From Octopus vulgaris (taxonomy: Eukaryota): a stretch of DNA of 64,000 bases. Each line of letters opens with the position of its first letter. Position 1 is the first letter of the stretch. A model generated the notes under the pieces. It saw nothing but the letters and a program-made list of their open reading frames with translations. It was not told the origin of the DNA and did not search any database. Location of the stretch: assembly GCA_951406725.2 (NCBI GenBank), contig OX597831.1, positions 64,542,001 through 64,606,000 of the forward strand. The letters are read 5' to 3'. This document shows positions 1 to 13,373 of this stretch, piece after piece. Position numbers and translations under genes: made by a program.

Positions 1-420
1 GACTGGCACCCGGCAGATGCCAGGACCCCTGGACTGGAGATACGTAAAAAGCACTATCCGAATCGTGGCTGATGCCAGCGCCGCCTCGACTGGCTTCCGT
101 GTTGGTGGCACGTAAAAAGCACCATCCGAATCGTGGCCGAAACCAGTGCTGCCTCGACTGGCTTCCGTGCCGGTGGCACGTAAAATGCACCAATCCGACC
201 GTGGCCAATGCCAGCCTCGCCTGGCACTAGTGCAGGTGACACGTAAAAAGCACCCACTACACTCACGGAGTGGTTGGCGTTAGGAAGGGCATCTAGCTTT
301 AGAAACATTGCCAGATAAGACTAGAGCCTGGTGCAGCCTTCTGGCTTCCCAGATCCCCGGTCGAACCGTCCAACCCATGCTAGCATGGAGAACGGACGTT
401 AAACAATGATGATGATGATG
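1..420 (+). mobile_element. SINE-like family C copy (internal GGCACGTAAAAAGCACC repeats, (GAT)n tail)
   Basis: Internal ~57-bp tandem units, the motif GGCGTTAGGAAGGGCATC, and an end at GGACGTTAAAC(GAT)n. Homologous copies at ~3449-3870(-), 17050-17413(+), 21932-22180(-), 29100-29312(+), 34870-35150(+), 39665-39870(+), 40593-40998(-), 59005-59650(+). Confidence 0.8.
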
Positions 421-3400
421 AGAGGATGAAAGGCAAAGTTGACCTCGGCGGAACTTGAACTCAGAACGTAACAGCAGACGAAATACCGCTAAGCATTTTG
501 CCCGGTGCACAAACGTTTCTGCCAGCTCACCGCCTTTGCACTTGAAAATAAAAAGTGAAATGTAATCTATCAAAATTGTTGTACTTAAGTGTTATTCTGT
601 CATACCCATTGAAGTGTTATACCATGGCCATCATCTGCATTTCTCAGCCGAATGTTTCATTGTTTTCATTACCCAACCAAGTGTTGCGTCAGCTCTTTCT
701 TAATTACCCAGTTAAATGGTGTACCATCTCCATCATCTTTATTACCCAAGCAAGTGTCGCAATTGTGCAGTTCAGCTTTACTGTATCCAATTTGGATCGT
801 GTCCTCAGTAGATCACAGACTGTAAGTGAAGTTGTCCTCATATGGGCCTGAAGTTATTATAAACAGTCAAGAAAGGTATTCTAGTCAACATTAAACAAAA
901 TTGGTTGGGAGCCAGTACCATTAGTAGATTTGTTTACTTTTTCTAAACCAAACTTTGAGGTCATTCAGTTAGAATGTGACAGTTGTTAGTGTTATCATTT
1001 CTTAATTGTTACAAGCCTTCCTGTAAGAAATACTTAGAAGTTCTTTGCTATCAAACAGGTCACAAGGTCACAATTATGCTGAACATACTTTAGTTATAGC
1101 ACTCTCTACTTGCTCTGCTTGTATTCAGTTTGAATGTAGGTGTTTAAAAATTTTTTTTATATATATATATATATACACACAAGGATTTCCTCTATCATTT
1201 GTAACCCAAGGGAGCCTTTAGCAATCTCTTGACCTGTTATAAATAGCATCTAAATCTTCCTTAGAGATAGAATGGGGCATGACTAAAGGTCCTTTTGATC
1301 ATTGGTCTGCTCAGATGGGGCTTACCTGGGGCTAAACAATAACTTATTCCAGATGAGCCAATAAAGGAACCTATAAGCTGTCGCTCAACTTGCTGGAAGC
1401 AACCAAATTTCATTTAAATGCCACCCTATTGCCTTAAAAAAGGATACATTAGATAATGTGGTCCGTAGGTCTGCTGTCCTATAATTAATCAATCTGTTGA
1501 GTAAATGAGTAAAGCATTGACTTGCTAAAATTAACAACCAAATAACTCTCAGATCACAACTCTGACAATGGAGACATTGGAAATTTAGCCCTATATACAC
1601 TGTCTGAAAAAAGAACTGGATGGTCATGGTTGAAATGGCTATGATCATGCATCTACTGAATTAGAGCTGACTTGAGGCTAGACAATAGCTTAGAAGATTT
1701 CTCGATAACTTTGCATCAGTGATTGATCAGGCTAAGGCTGATGTTTTATTGTAGTAGTTCCATTTTAATATTTGCGGGGGAAAAGGATATCATTGAAATA
1801 TACAATTTCTCGTGTATTTCAATGATGAGAGATATCAACAATACTTCTTAATGCCTTTTTCTCCTTTAAATGTCTACCTAGTTTTCCATGTTACTTGCTG
1901 TCTTAATAACTTTAGAAGTCTTGTTGCTGGATATTGCCTCCATTGCTGCAGTCATCATCATCATCATCATCATACTTGCTTCGGTCATTGGACTACAGCA
2001 ATGCTGGGGTACCACCCTGGAGAACTTTTAGTCAACCAAATCGACCCCAGGACTTAACTTTTTTTTTAAAGACTGGTACTTATTTTATCGCTCTCTTTTG
2101 CTGAACTACTAAGTTATGGGGATGTAAGCAGACCAGCACCAGTTGTCAAGCAAGGTCTGTTTTGCATGGGTTTACAGCTGGATGTCCTGACACTTTACAA
2201 AGTGGCCTGGGTGCTTTTTACATAACATACATTCACACAAACACATACCAGGCTTCCGAGCAATTTGCTTCAATGAACTGCCGAACCCAAGACTAGAATG
2301 AAAAATGCTCTGCCAATGTGTTGAATTCGAGGATCATGCTTTGACCCACAAACCCATACAACACAGGAACAGAGGCATTACTGTGTGGTAAAGGAATTTT
2401 CTTTTTATTCTCATTGATATGGGTATCGTTCCACCGTGACATCTTGGGTAAATGTATTTCACCAAAAACTTGGGTGAACAGTTTATATGGGTTTTTTTTC
2501 CATTTTTTTTTTTTAGTTATATCAACAAAGATGTAAATACTAGTGGGGGGGGGGATTTAGAGAAAATAGCTATTACTGCATGAAGTTCCTCATGATAGTT
2601 GTTCTGCACCAAGTTACATTCTTAGACCAATTATGAAAAATTGGGTCATCTAATCAATGAGGCTACTGCTCACCAACTGAGACAAAAGAATTAATTAAAA
2701 AATACCAAAAAGTATTTTTGTTCAACATAAGCTCAGGCACGGGTGTGGTGTAAGAAGCTTGCTTCCCAACCACATGGTTCCAGGTTCAGTCCCACAGTAG
2801 GGCACCTTGGGCAAGTGTCTTTTATTATAGCCTCAGGCCAACCAAAGCCTTGTGAGTGGATTTGGTAGACAGAAACTGAAAGAAGCCCGTTGTGTGTGTG
2901 TATTTGCCCCCCCCCCCCAATCACTGCTTGACAACCAGTATTGGTGTGTTCACGTCCCCATAACATAGCGGTTCAGCAAAAGAAACCAATAGAATAAGTA
3001 CCAGGCTTTAAAAAATAATAAGTCTTGAGGTTGATTTGTTCAACTAAAAGGTGGTGCTCCTGCATGGCCACAGGCACATGACTGAAACAAGCAGAAGAAT
3101 ACTAATTGTGCCATTCCTTACTGATATAACATATACCACACACACCAATGTGTGTGTAAATGTAAGCAGCATGTACATAATATTCATGAGCACAGAATAA
3201 TGGGTCAGTGATGCAACAGATATTAGGACAGTTATTTGTTCAGTAATGACATAGATTATTCCACAATAACAATATATTGTTATAATAATCTATGTAGAAG
3301 AGAGAGAGAGAGGGTTAAGGTAGAGAATGTCATAGTATATTACTGAATAGCTATTTATAAATATGGAATGAAGTATGTAAAAAACCAGAGAGTCAATACC

Positions 3401-4724
3401 GTCATAGAATAAGTGGCCAGTTCTATTGTAGATATTGAGAATAGCTATATCATCATCATCATCGTTTAACGTCCGTTTTCCATGCTAGCATGGGTTGGAC
3501 GGTTCGACTGGGATCTGGGAAGCCAGAAGGCTGCACCAAGCACCAGTCTGATCTGGCAGTGTTTCTACAGCTGGATGCCTTCCTAATGCCAACCACTCCG
3601 TGAGTGTAGTGGGTGCTTTTTACGTGCCAGACAAGGCTGGCAAATGGCCACGATCAGATGATGCTTTTTATGTGTCACCGACACGGACGCCAACCAGGCG
3701 GCGCTGGTATCTGCCACATTTGGACGGTGCTTTTTACGTGTCACTGGCACAGGTGTCTTAACTACAATTTCCATTTGAATTTTGATGTTGATGTACTTGA
3801 CTCAATAGGTCTCCTCAAGAACAATGGGTCACTCTACGATCCAGGGTTAGCATAGCAGGCTGTCTTGCGTCCTTCTTATTAAAATGTTTGAAATTATAGT
3901 ATGGCAAGAGACTGGTTTTTCTTTATTGAAAGAGAATATATAAATAAATTGTAATGACAAAGCAATAAGAAATTTTGATCCATACTTTTGGAAGGAGATC
4001 CAGCTGTAGAAACCAAGCCAAAACAAACAGCTGAAGCCTGGTGAAGATCTCAGGCTTACCAGCTCTAGTCAAGCTGTCCAACCTATGCTAGCTTGGAAAA
4101 CAGATGATGATGGTGATGATGATGATGACTGCAGCAACGTTAAGTCCTGGGGTCGATTTGGTTGACTAAAAAGTTCTCCAGGGTGGTACCCCAGCATTGC
4201 TGTAGTCCAATGACTGAAGCAAGTAAAAAGAACAAGTATTTTTATCTAAGCCCCCCACTCAGACCACTACATTCCTACATCAACTCCTAACAACGGTGTT
4301 GCTATGGTAGATGATCTGTGAGTTACGTATAAACTATGGATAATTGATTTTTATTTGCTTTCTCTATGATTAAAATCCTTCATTGTTTTGATTCTATTTC
4401 TGTCTCGGTCCCACAGCAATTTGCCCTATGAAGTTAAGATATTATTTCCTATTATATTTTCAATTAATTTACTGGCTGATAGAATTATTTCACTCTCTGA
4501 TGATAAACATTCATCAATATAAATAATAACAGCTAATTACTTCAACCTGTTCCTATAAATTATCTCAATGTTAATTAGAACTTATGAACGTTAACAGAAG
4601 TTTGTAATATCTAATTTGGTTGTTGCTGAACTCAACGTCATTTTAGGGAAAAATGTTCTGTAACTATCTTGCATTGTCTTAATTTAGAGATATATATTTT
4701 CTACTAGACTGTAAAATTGCTTGA

Positions 4725-4938
4725 CTTACTCTTTTACTTGTTTCAGTCATTTGACTGCGGCCATGCTGGAGCACCGCCTTTAGTCGAGCAAATTGACCCC
4801 GGGACTTATTCTTTGTAAGCCCAGTACTTATTCTATTGGTCTCTTTTTTTGCCAAACCGCTAAGTGATGGGGACGTAAACACACTAGCATTGGTTGTCAA
4901 GCAATGCTAGGGGGACAAACACAGACACACAAACACAC

Positions 4939-4971
<33 letters not shown>

Positions 4972-5133
4972 GACAGGCTTCTTTCAGTTTCCGTCTACCA
5001 AATCCACTCACAAGGCATTGGTCGGCCCGGGGCTATAGCAGAAGACACTTGCCCAAGATGCCACGCAGTGGGACTGAACCTGGAACCATGTGGTTGGTTA
5101 GCAAGCTACTTACCACACAGCCACTCCTGCACC
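4725..5133 (-). mobile_element. tRNA-derived SINE family A (CORE-like motif, internal TA/TG microsatellite)
   Basis: Head GG(C/T)GCAGGAGTGGCTGTGTGGTAAG...GGTTCAGTCCC (A/B boxes), MIR-CORE-like GGCA(C/T)CTTGGGCAAGTG, and tail GACTGAAACAAGTAAAAGAG. Many copies in the window. Confidence 0.85.
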
Positions 5134-5481
5134 TATGGTTTAAATAAGGTTAAGTTAGTCATTTAGTTTTCAGAAACTAGCCGTATCCGGAACGATTGTA
5201 TTGTTAGCTACTGAATGCTAGCAGACAGCTATAAAACGGGTAAAATATTTTATCAAAAGTTAAACCCTCTTCTAAATTTAGTTTTCTTAGAACAAGCTAG
5301 GAATTTTCTAAATGCTTACAATATGTTGCTAAGTTTCTAAGCCAACTCTCGACAGACATACCTACAATATGGCTGTGAATGAACTAGGTGAAATCCACAC
5401 ATCTGATGTTCCAAATTTCTCATTTCTCATATTAATTGATGACCAGACTGTGCATGGACATAGGCAAAGTTGTATGCTTAA

Positions 5482-5695
5482 CCCTTTTGTTACTGTATTT
5501 CTGTTGAGATGCTCTGTGTTTCTTTCAATTACTTTAAATGAAACAAAGAATTTAGTAAAATAACTTAGTTATCATTCAGCTAGTGTTTGGAACATAAATT
5601 GTGACTGAGGTTTGGTGGAAGATTTTAATTCAAAACTTATGAAAACAAGACATTTCTATTCAGAGCAGGTTTCAGCCGGGTTGGTAACGAAAGGG
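5482..5695. mobile_element. piggyBac-type MITE
   Basis: TTAA at 5478-5481 and 5696-5699; TIRs CCCTTTTGTTAC / GTAACGAAAGGG. Second copy at 61783-62004. Confidence 0.85.
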
Positions 5696-5855
5696 TTAAG
5701 AAGCTCACTTCATTACCATGTGGTTTGGGGGTTGAGCCTACTATGTATTGGCAAAGCATCTTCTAGCCACAGCCTGAGGCTCACCAATACATTGGGGAAT
5801 CAAATTTGGTAGAGGGCAACTGATTTCAAGTCTAACATTGTTTGTATGTGTTTAT

Positions 5856-6201
5856 AGGCGCAGGAGTGGCTGTGTGGTAAGTAGCTTGCTAACCAACCAC
5901 ACGGTTGCGGGTTCAGTCCCACTGCGTGGCATCTTGGGCACGTGTCTTCTGCTATAGCCCCGGGCCGACCAATGCCTTGTGAGTGGATTTGGTAGACGGA
6001 AACTGAAAGAAGCCTGTCGTATATATGTATATGTGTGTGTCTGTGTTTGTCCCCCTAGCATTGCTTGACAACCGATGCTGGTGTGTTTATGTCCCCGTTA
6101 CTTAGCGGTTCGGCAAAAAGAGACCGATAGAATAAGTACTAAAGGTGGTGCTCCAGCATGGCCGCAGTCAAATGACTGAAACAAGTAAAAGAGTAAAAGA
6201 G
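5856..6201 (+). mobile_element. SINE family A copy with internal deletion
   Basis: Same head and tail as other family A copies; lacks the GGGCTTACAAAGAATAAG...CGACT segment. Confidence 0.85.
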
Positions 6202-6467
6202 TATACATACATGCATGTATGTGTTCGCATAAATATATGAAAAATGTAAAGGCTTCTATGGCCAATTTACTGCAGTTACTGTGGAGAAAATATTCTCTCT
6301 CATATTTTTTTTTCTCCACAGTAAGTGCAATCAATTTGTCTTTACAAGTTGAAATATGTCAAACATATTTTAGCAAATGTCTAAACACTGCTTGGTGCTG
6401 CTGATACTGCTGAAAACACAAATGTACACACACACGTGTGTGTGCGAATTATATAAATATATAAGGA

Positions 6468-6882
6468 AAGGCGGAGAGCTGGCAGAAAGGTTAGCACACC
6501 GGGCGTAATGCTTAGCGGTATTTCGTCTGCTGTTACGTTGTGAGTTCAAATTCCGCTGAGGTTGACTTTGCCTTTCATCCTTTCAGGGTCGATAAATTAA
6601 GTACCAGTTACTCACTGGGGGTCGATGTAATCGACTTAATACCTATGTCTGTCCTTCTTTGTCCCCTCTGTTTAGCCCCTTGTGGGTAGTAAAGAAATAG
6701 GTATTTCGTCTGCCACTGTGTTCTGAGTTCAAATTCCGCCGAGGTCGACTTTGCCTTTCATCCTTTCGGGGTCGATTAATTAAGTACCAGTTACGCACTG
6801 GGGTCGATGTAATGAACTTAATCTGTTTGTCTGTCCTCCTTTGTTCCCTCTGTGTTTAGCCCCTTGTGGGTAGTAAAGAAAT
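6468..6882 (+). mobile_element. tRNA-derived SINE family B (Deu/Nin-like core), dimer
   Basis: Head AAGGCGG.GAGCTGGCAGAA...GAGTTCAAATTCC, core GCCTTTCATCCTTTCGGGGTCGAT, tail GCCCCTTGTGGGTAGTAAAGAAATA. A second, headless unit starts at GGTATTTCGTC (6700). Confidence 0.85.
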
Positions 6883-7570
6883 ATATATAAATATATAAAT
6901 ACATGTAACAGGTAAATTAACCTGTTTGTATGTATTGAACTTGGAAGCTGCTTTGGGTATGTGATAAGGTTTGCTTCACCATCATGTGGTTGCCAATGCA
7001 TGTCACTTGGCCAGTGGAATTAGAATATCTTACTTGAAAAATAGGTAAAAGTTGGTTACAAAAACAGCATCTGGCTGTAGAAATCTTCCTTGGGTTACAA
7101 AGACGTAAAAATGATTATAGAATGTGTGTGTGTGTGTGTGTGTGTTAGATGTATGTGTGTAATGTGCATGTATTTGTTTATGCATATACGTGTGTGTGCA
7201 TACAGTTATATGTATTTCTTTATTGCCCACAAGGGGGCTAAACACAGAGGGGACAAACAAAGGGCTTAAGTCGGTTACATCGACCCCAATGCATAACTAG
7301 TACTTAATTTATCGACCCCGAAAGGATGAAAGGCAAAGTCGACCTCGGCGGAATTTGAACTCAGAACGTAACAGCATACAGTTATATATATGATATAATA
7401 CTGTATGGTATGGGTTTCAGCCATTGGACAGTGGTCATACTGACCACCCTGTTGAAGAGGTCAGTCAATCTTATGCACCCGGGTAGATAATTCCAACTGA
7501 TACTTTTATATTTGTTTAATTCTCGATTGTACTACAGCCCAATTGTACTAACACTGCAAAGGAGACATAC

Positions 7571-7979
7571 AGGCGCAGGAGTGGCTGTGTGGTAAGTAGC
7601 TTGCTAACCAACCACATGGTTCCGGGTACAGTCCCACAGCGTGGCATCTTGGGCAAGTGTCTTCTGCTATAACCCCGGGCCGACCAATGCCTTGTGAGTG
7701 GATTTGGTAGACGGAAACTGAAAGAATCCTGTTGTATATATGTATATATATATATATATAAATGTGTGTGTATATGTTTGTGTGTCTGTGTTTGTCCCCC
7801 TAGCATTGCTTGACAACCAATGCTAGTGTGTTTACGTCCCCATCACTTAGCGGTTCGGCAAAAGAGACCGATAGAATAAGTACTGGGCTTACAAAGAATA
7901 AGTTCTGGGGTCGATTTGCTCGACTAAAAGCGGTGCTCCAGCATGGCCGCAGTCAAATGACTGAAACAAGTAAAGGAGT
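7571..7979 (+). mobile_element. SINE family A full copy
   Basis: Complete head, CORE-like region, microsatellite and tail. Further copies at ~2735-3100(+), 18726-19139(+), 28473-28873(-), 29948-30357(+), 32095-32418(-), 46275-46650(-), 47890-48292(+), 52100-52518(-), 59701-60103(+). Confidence 0.85.
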
Positions 7980-9349
7980 ATGTTTTTTTTTAAAAAAAAA
8001 AGGTGGGGGGTAATATAGGAAAGGGGTGAAAGATTGCTGGTAGAATGTTTAACTTGTGTAATTGAATCTAATGTAATTATAACAAACTGTTAGTAAATTA
8101 ACGACGAAGGTGTAGGTTCTCAATTCTACTTAACTGGAGGATGAGGAAGGAGTGTGTGTGCTTCTATATTAAAACGCTCTAGTTATTCCAACACTTTGAC
8201 TGCATGACTATGTGCACAGGGACCCAGGTGGGCGTAGCTATTTTAAGATCGGTAGTCTGATAACTAAGGTGTAGTGCTGTAAAGGAGAAAAAAAAATGTG
8301 TAATGACGGAGTGCAACAGTCTTTAAGGGTAAGATCTTACATCTGTTAATTTCTCAACTATATAATAGATAAGTCTGATTTATACGTGACTACGAAATTA
8401 CATGAATGTCTAGTCATAAAGTTATGTTTTTTCTTTCTTTTTTTAATCTTGTAAGGTGTGTTGCTAGCTTTTCGAGATCAGATATAACTTGATAAAGAGG
8501 TAGATGTTGTAGGTTGGCAGGGTTGCAGAATGGATGTACAAACTTAATGTTTTAGCTTTTGGGCCTATATAGGTCATGTTAGTCGAGTTGTGCAGTATTC
8601 TAGTTCATTTTTGCTGTATATTTTCCAGTAATTAATTTCCACTTGTTAAACATAAAACTTTCAAAACTATATTTCTTTGTAGGTAACACATAGACCCACT
8701 ACTAATTAGTAGAAGGTATATAACCCTTCATTAACCCTTAAACAGCAGGAAATGTTTGCACGTGTGTGCCAAATGGGAAAAAGCAAAGCAAAAAAAATAT
8801 TTTTTCCTCAAGGGTAATTTTTATACTTATTTTAATTTTAATAAGTACCAAAAACTATGAAAATGGCATTTCAACTTGCTTTGATTTTAAAAATAAAGAC
8901 AAAAACGCATTAAAATCTTTTGAGATGATGTCTGCTGTTCTCGAATGAAGCTTCACTTGATGAAATCTACTACTTCAGGGCTAAGGTCACACTTCTCTGA
9001 GTCCATTCTCCTAACTTACATTCCTGTATTACGTTAGCCTTTAGATGCATCATATGTTGTACAAGTTATCTCTCCTGTAGCCGCAAGCGCATTGAAAAGG
9101 GAGAAAACTCATATGGTGACATTATGCACCTACAGAATGCTAAACAAACAACACTTCTTATAGTAAAAATAGTAATAGAGGAACATAGAAAATAGACCCC
9201 CCCCCTATGTACATCTTGACACCAAAACAACTTCCTCCTCCCTATATAGCTGCACTTGTGAGTCAATGCTGGAGACAGTGGCTGCCATTGGGTAACGTAG
9301 TTGTAGATAAGTCTACTTCATCAGAGTTGATCTGGGTCTAACAACAACC

Positions 9350-10330
9350 TATTGTACCTAATAACACTGTCACTATTTCCTCTTATACAGCTTTGTAATC
9401 CTTCCTACACAACTGTGTACCAGGTAATGCTCTCATTATTATTTAGACATCCTTTTAATTTTTTACTCCTACCTGCACAACTATTATATCTAGTAATACT
9501 TTCCTCCATTACCTGTACCAGTGGTTCCCAAACTTTTAAGAGTCGCGACCCACTATTTATCACACCAGTTTACGACGACCCACTTAACTCTACTGAGTAA
9601 AAACATTAATGAAATTAACCAATTTATTTCAGACTACATCTTCAGTGAGGCATGTGAGAAGGATGAGCCTGTTTCTTGCTACGCTCAATAATAGAATTAA
9701 CATCAGGTTCAATGTGTGATAGTTTCAGGTGTAAAGAATTTGAGAGCTGCAGTTTATTTCGATATTTGCTTTTAATCCCAACCCTTGCTGAAAATCCAGC
9801 TTCACAAATATAAGATGACGTGAAAGGGAGAAGTACTTTTAATGCTTCGGCAGAAATGATTGGGTACCTCTGATTTGTTAAGTTCGTGAAAAAGCCTACT
9901 GCTTGATAAAACAACAAGTCTGGTATTGAAAACATAAGTCTTGAACTATCTCGAAAGACAGCAGTTAATCAAAGCTAAGGCGTAATTTTATAACTTTTTG
10001 CGACCCACTAAGATTCCGTTCACGACCCATCTGTGGGTCGCGACTCATAGTTTGTGAACCACTGACCTATACAATTGTACTTATTAATATTGTCCCTCTA
10101 CTGTACAGCTGAACCTAGTAATATTGTCTCTTCTCTCTAGCTATATCTAGTATTATTACCCCCACTCCATTATACAACTGTATCTACTAGTATTGTTTTC
10201 CTCTACCTATACAGTTGTACCTAGTAATATTGGCTCCATCTACGTATACAGCTATATTTAGTGCGACTGTCATTTCTATCTATATATCTTAGATACCAGC
10301 TACACTGTGTATTTCACTATCTTATCAAGT
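9350..10330. repeat. Degenerate tandem repeat (about 35-40-bp units, ACAGCTGTACCTAGTAATATTGTC-like) interrupted by a hAT element
   Basis: Recurrent acagctgtacctagtaatatt-like motifs on both sides of 9519-10064. Confidence 0.55.
9519..10064 (-). mobile_element. Internally deleted hAT (Charlie/Buster-like) DNA transposon
   Basis: TIRs CAGTGGTTCCCAAACT / AGTTTGTGAACCACTG; 8-bp TSD ACCTGTAC / ACCTATAC. ORF 9642-9935 retains the C-terminal dimerisation motif (ALKVLLPFTSSYICEAGFS..IKSKYRNKL..QAHPSH). Confidence 0.9.
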
Positions 10331-12569
10331 TTTTTTCATCTCTGCCTATAGCTATACAAGAAGCAGTTGGTAAATATAAAGGCTCTGCTATTGTTTTGAC
10401 CAAAGTCAGTTCTACTCCAATACACCTTTTGCTCATATTGGGAACATTCTGTCACATATTTTTTTTTGTCATCTAGGACCATATTATCCAAAGTGTCTGT
10501 CTTCCTTTTATGACAACATGGTGTGATTAGAGTGAGATTTGACTGCTATTTCTAACAATTAGAGCAGTCGCATACGATTTTCGTAGTTGGATTGTATAGG
10601 CTGTCTGCAATACTTTACCTGCTGGGTTGCTTAGGTGAAGGTGTACGATGTTGAAAGATATCAGGAAACCTCAATGATGATGTGTCCAGTTGCATCAGAG
10701 GGTAATATATGGAAAAAAAACACTGTATGGTAAAATGCTTGCTTTCCGACCACATAGTTCTGGATTCTGTCCTACTGCATGGCATCTTGGGCAACTGTCT
10801 TCTGCTATAGCCTCAGGCTGATCAAAGCCTTCTGAGTGGATTTGGCAGATAGAAGCTGAAAGAAGCCTGTTGTGTGTGTGTGACTTACAACTACTTGACA
10901 ACCAGCGTTGGTGTGTTTACATTCCTGTAATTTAGCAGTTTGGCAAATGAGACAGAATGAGTACCAGGCTTAAAAGTCTTGGGGTCAATTTGTTCTACTA
11001 AAACCCTTCAAGGTAGTGCCTCAGCATAACCATAGTCTGAAGACTGAGACAAGTAAAAGATATTAATCAAAAGCTCCCTTAGAAGATATTTCATGATGCA
11101 AAGATGGATGGGCAATTCATGTTTGGTCAAGTAGTGCAATAAATAAAAATCGTCTCTTAAATCCTTGAGTGAACTGATTTATTTTCTGTAGCTTTTATTA
11201 CAAAAGTTATAGAGCTTAGTTGTAAGATAACTTTATTGAACAGGCTTACATACATATTAGTATTCTTATATAGGTAGGGAGAAGAACTTAACGTTTCCAT
11301 TGCCATAACAGTTTTATGCCAAGCTAAATAGTTCTATAAACACTAGTTGATGTGAAGTGAAACTTAATTAAGAAGGAAATAGAGAAAAGAGGTGGGGCCA
11401 TGTTGAATCTAATCTCGGTACCAATCAAATGTTATAACAGGCTGTCTACTCTAGTTTGAGCAAATATAGAAGTATTCTGTCTCTAAGTTCTGTTAGTCAT
11501 TATTATATTCTACCTCACTTACCACCAAAGTTATTTTTACATCAAATTGAAAATTAATTTTTATAGAATATAACGCCAATTAGTATGAATTTTTTTAATA
11601 ATGACTGTAACTGTGTTAAAAGATGGCAAGTGCCTAGCTTTTATAGTAAGGAATTCTAGGGAGAGCTGGATAGCGAAATGTCTGCAGAGAAGACTTCCAG
11701 TCCTTAACTGAACCGCATTGAAGTCCTATCTTCCGGATGCTCCTCTGCTGTCTCATTTTCTGCTTGGTTTGGAATTTGAGCAAAATCCTTTTCAAAATCA
11801 ACTACATTAATATCCTCAGCACCATAGTTTGACTTCTAGCTCTTTTTTTCCATTTTTTTTTTTTTTTTTGTTTTAACATCCTGGTATTTTCTTGGATTTT
11901 ATCAAGGTCAGATAAAGGGAGTATTAACAAGGTTTGAACTTAAAGCTAAATAAGAAATTTCATCTGATGCTGTACCATTTCTGTCAATCCTGAAAGATTA
12001 TGAGGAAGCTTCCACACATTCAATAGACCTGCTAGAAATAGTAACCAAATCTCCTTCAAATTACGTTCTACTGACATAAATAAAGAAGAATGCTTTGGTC
12101 AGTGCGATGTTAAAGAAAGAGAAAAAAAAGTAGTGGGGTTGATTCATTCAACTAAAAGCCACCATCTAATGACTGAAACAAGTAAAAGATATGTACAATA
12201 CATAAATATTGGGTTTAAATATTATCTCTGCAGACAATTAAAAGGGTTTATAATAGAGAGGGTATCCAGCTGTAAAATACTGCCTGAAAGTCTTATGCAA
12301 CCTATCCCAGCATGGACAAACAGACATAAAAACTCTGAGGATAATGAAATCTCTTCGTTGTCTGAACCCCCATCATACTACATGGCACCTTGGGCAAGTC
12401 TTTTCTACTATAGCTTCGGGCTGACCAAAGCTTTGTGAGTGGATCTGGTAGACAGAAACTGAAAGAAGCCCATCGTGTGTATGTATATATATATATATGT
12501 ACACACGTACATATAAATGTGTATTTTTTCAATGTGTACAAATAACATGGAAAAAATAAACAAATAGTT

Positions 12570-13335
12570 ACCAGGGTAGCAAAAATTCACGTAAGTGCCA
12601 AGGATATTACAACCTACTTATAAATGTAGAAATTCCAGGGTTAAGTGAAATGTCTTTATATAACATGGATAAATTAAGAAATGGAGTCAAATGCAGGTGT
12701 TAATCAAATCTTTATATTTCCGACAGATGTTTTGAAGGAAACATTGATATTATTCCGGAGGGAATAAAATGATGTAAAACAATGTGATCTTCTCATCAGG
12801 TAAAAAAAAAAAAGAGAAACAAAACACATCAATAAGCCATTTTCACCGAATATGATTACCATGTATATGATGAAGGAGAACGTCGGCAAGTTATTTTTTT
12901 AAAAAACTGTCAATAGATTTAACATCAAAGGCAATTAAGAGAAGGAGGAGAAAGAAAGAAATTAACAGAAAATTAATAGTGGAGAAATATAGTGTGATAG
13001 ATGAATAGCAATAAAGGTTAAAAGCATGGAAATAGATATATGTAGTGGAAATGAAATGTTAGAAGACAGTTAAAGGTCGAATTTTATAGATTGTAGAAAT
13101 TACTTATAGGAACTAAAGGTATGTTTTTGCCAATGTTTGCAACGATAAACGTATTCTTTAAATGTGTTTACAAGAGAATTCTCCAAGAATAGGATAAGGA
13201 ATTGTTCTTTGTTACAGAGTGGACAAAAAGATTTATCATATGGGAAGGATTTAGATAGAATATTCCATTCCAAATCAAATTGTTTATCATGTTCCTTTAG
13301 AGACCAAATTAATTTACTAACCCCAGTATTGTTAC
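12570..13335 (-). mobile_element. Penelope-like element 3' fragment (C-terminus of the GIY-YIG region plus downstream sequence)
   Basis: ORF 13100-13330 reads SKLIWSLKE..WNIL..PY..CPLCNKE..LVN..E...RCKH..K, the typical Penelope-like C-terminal pattern. The left boundary is approximate. Confidence 0.7.
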
Positions 13336-13341
13336 ATTTAT

Positions 13342-13373
<32 letters not shown>

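Noticed and set aside
1-260. Regularly spaced GGCACGTAAAAAGCAC repeats resembling a CRISPR array
   Set aside because: The spacers are homologous to each other, the context is a eukaryotic dispersed repeat, and there are no cas genes.
5856-5930. tRNA-gene-like A/B box segments
   Set aside because: These are SINE heads that continue into SINE bodies and show no proper cloverleaf.
8040-8700. Possible highly decayed Penelope-like fragments (also ~22180-22460)
   Set aside because: The motifs are too degenerate to call by eye.
11660-11840. Coding-looking stretch (minus: KSNYGAEDINVVDFEKDFAQIP...)
   Set aside because: No splice acceptor or in-frame start on the minus strand, and no recognisable homology.
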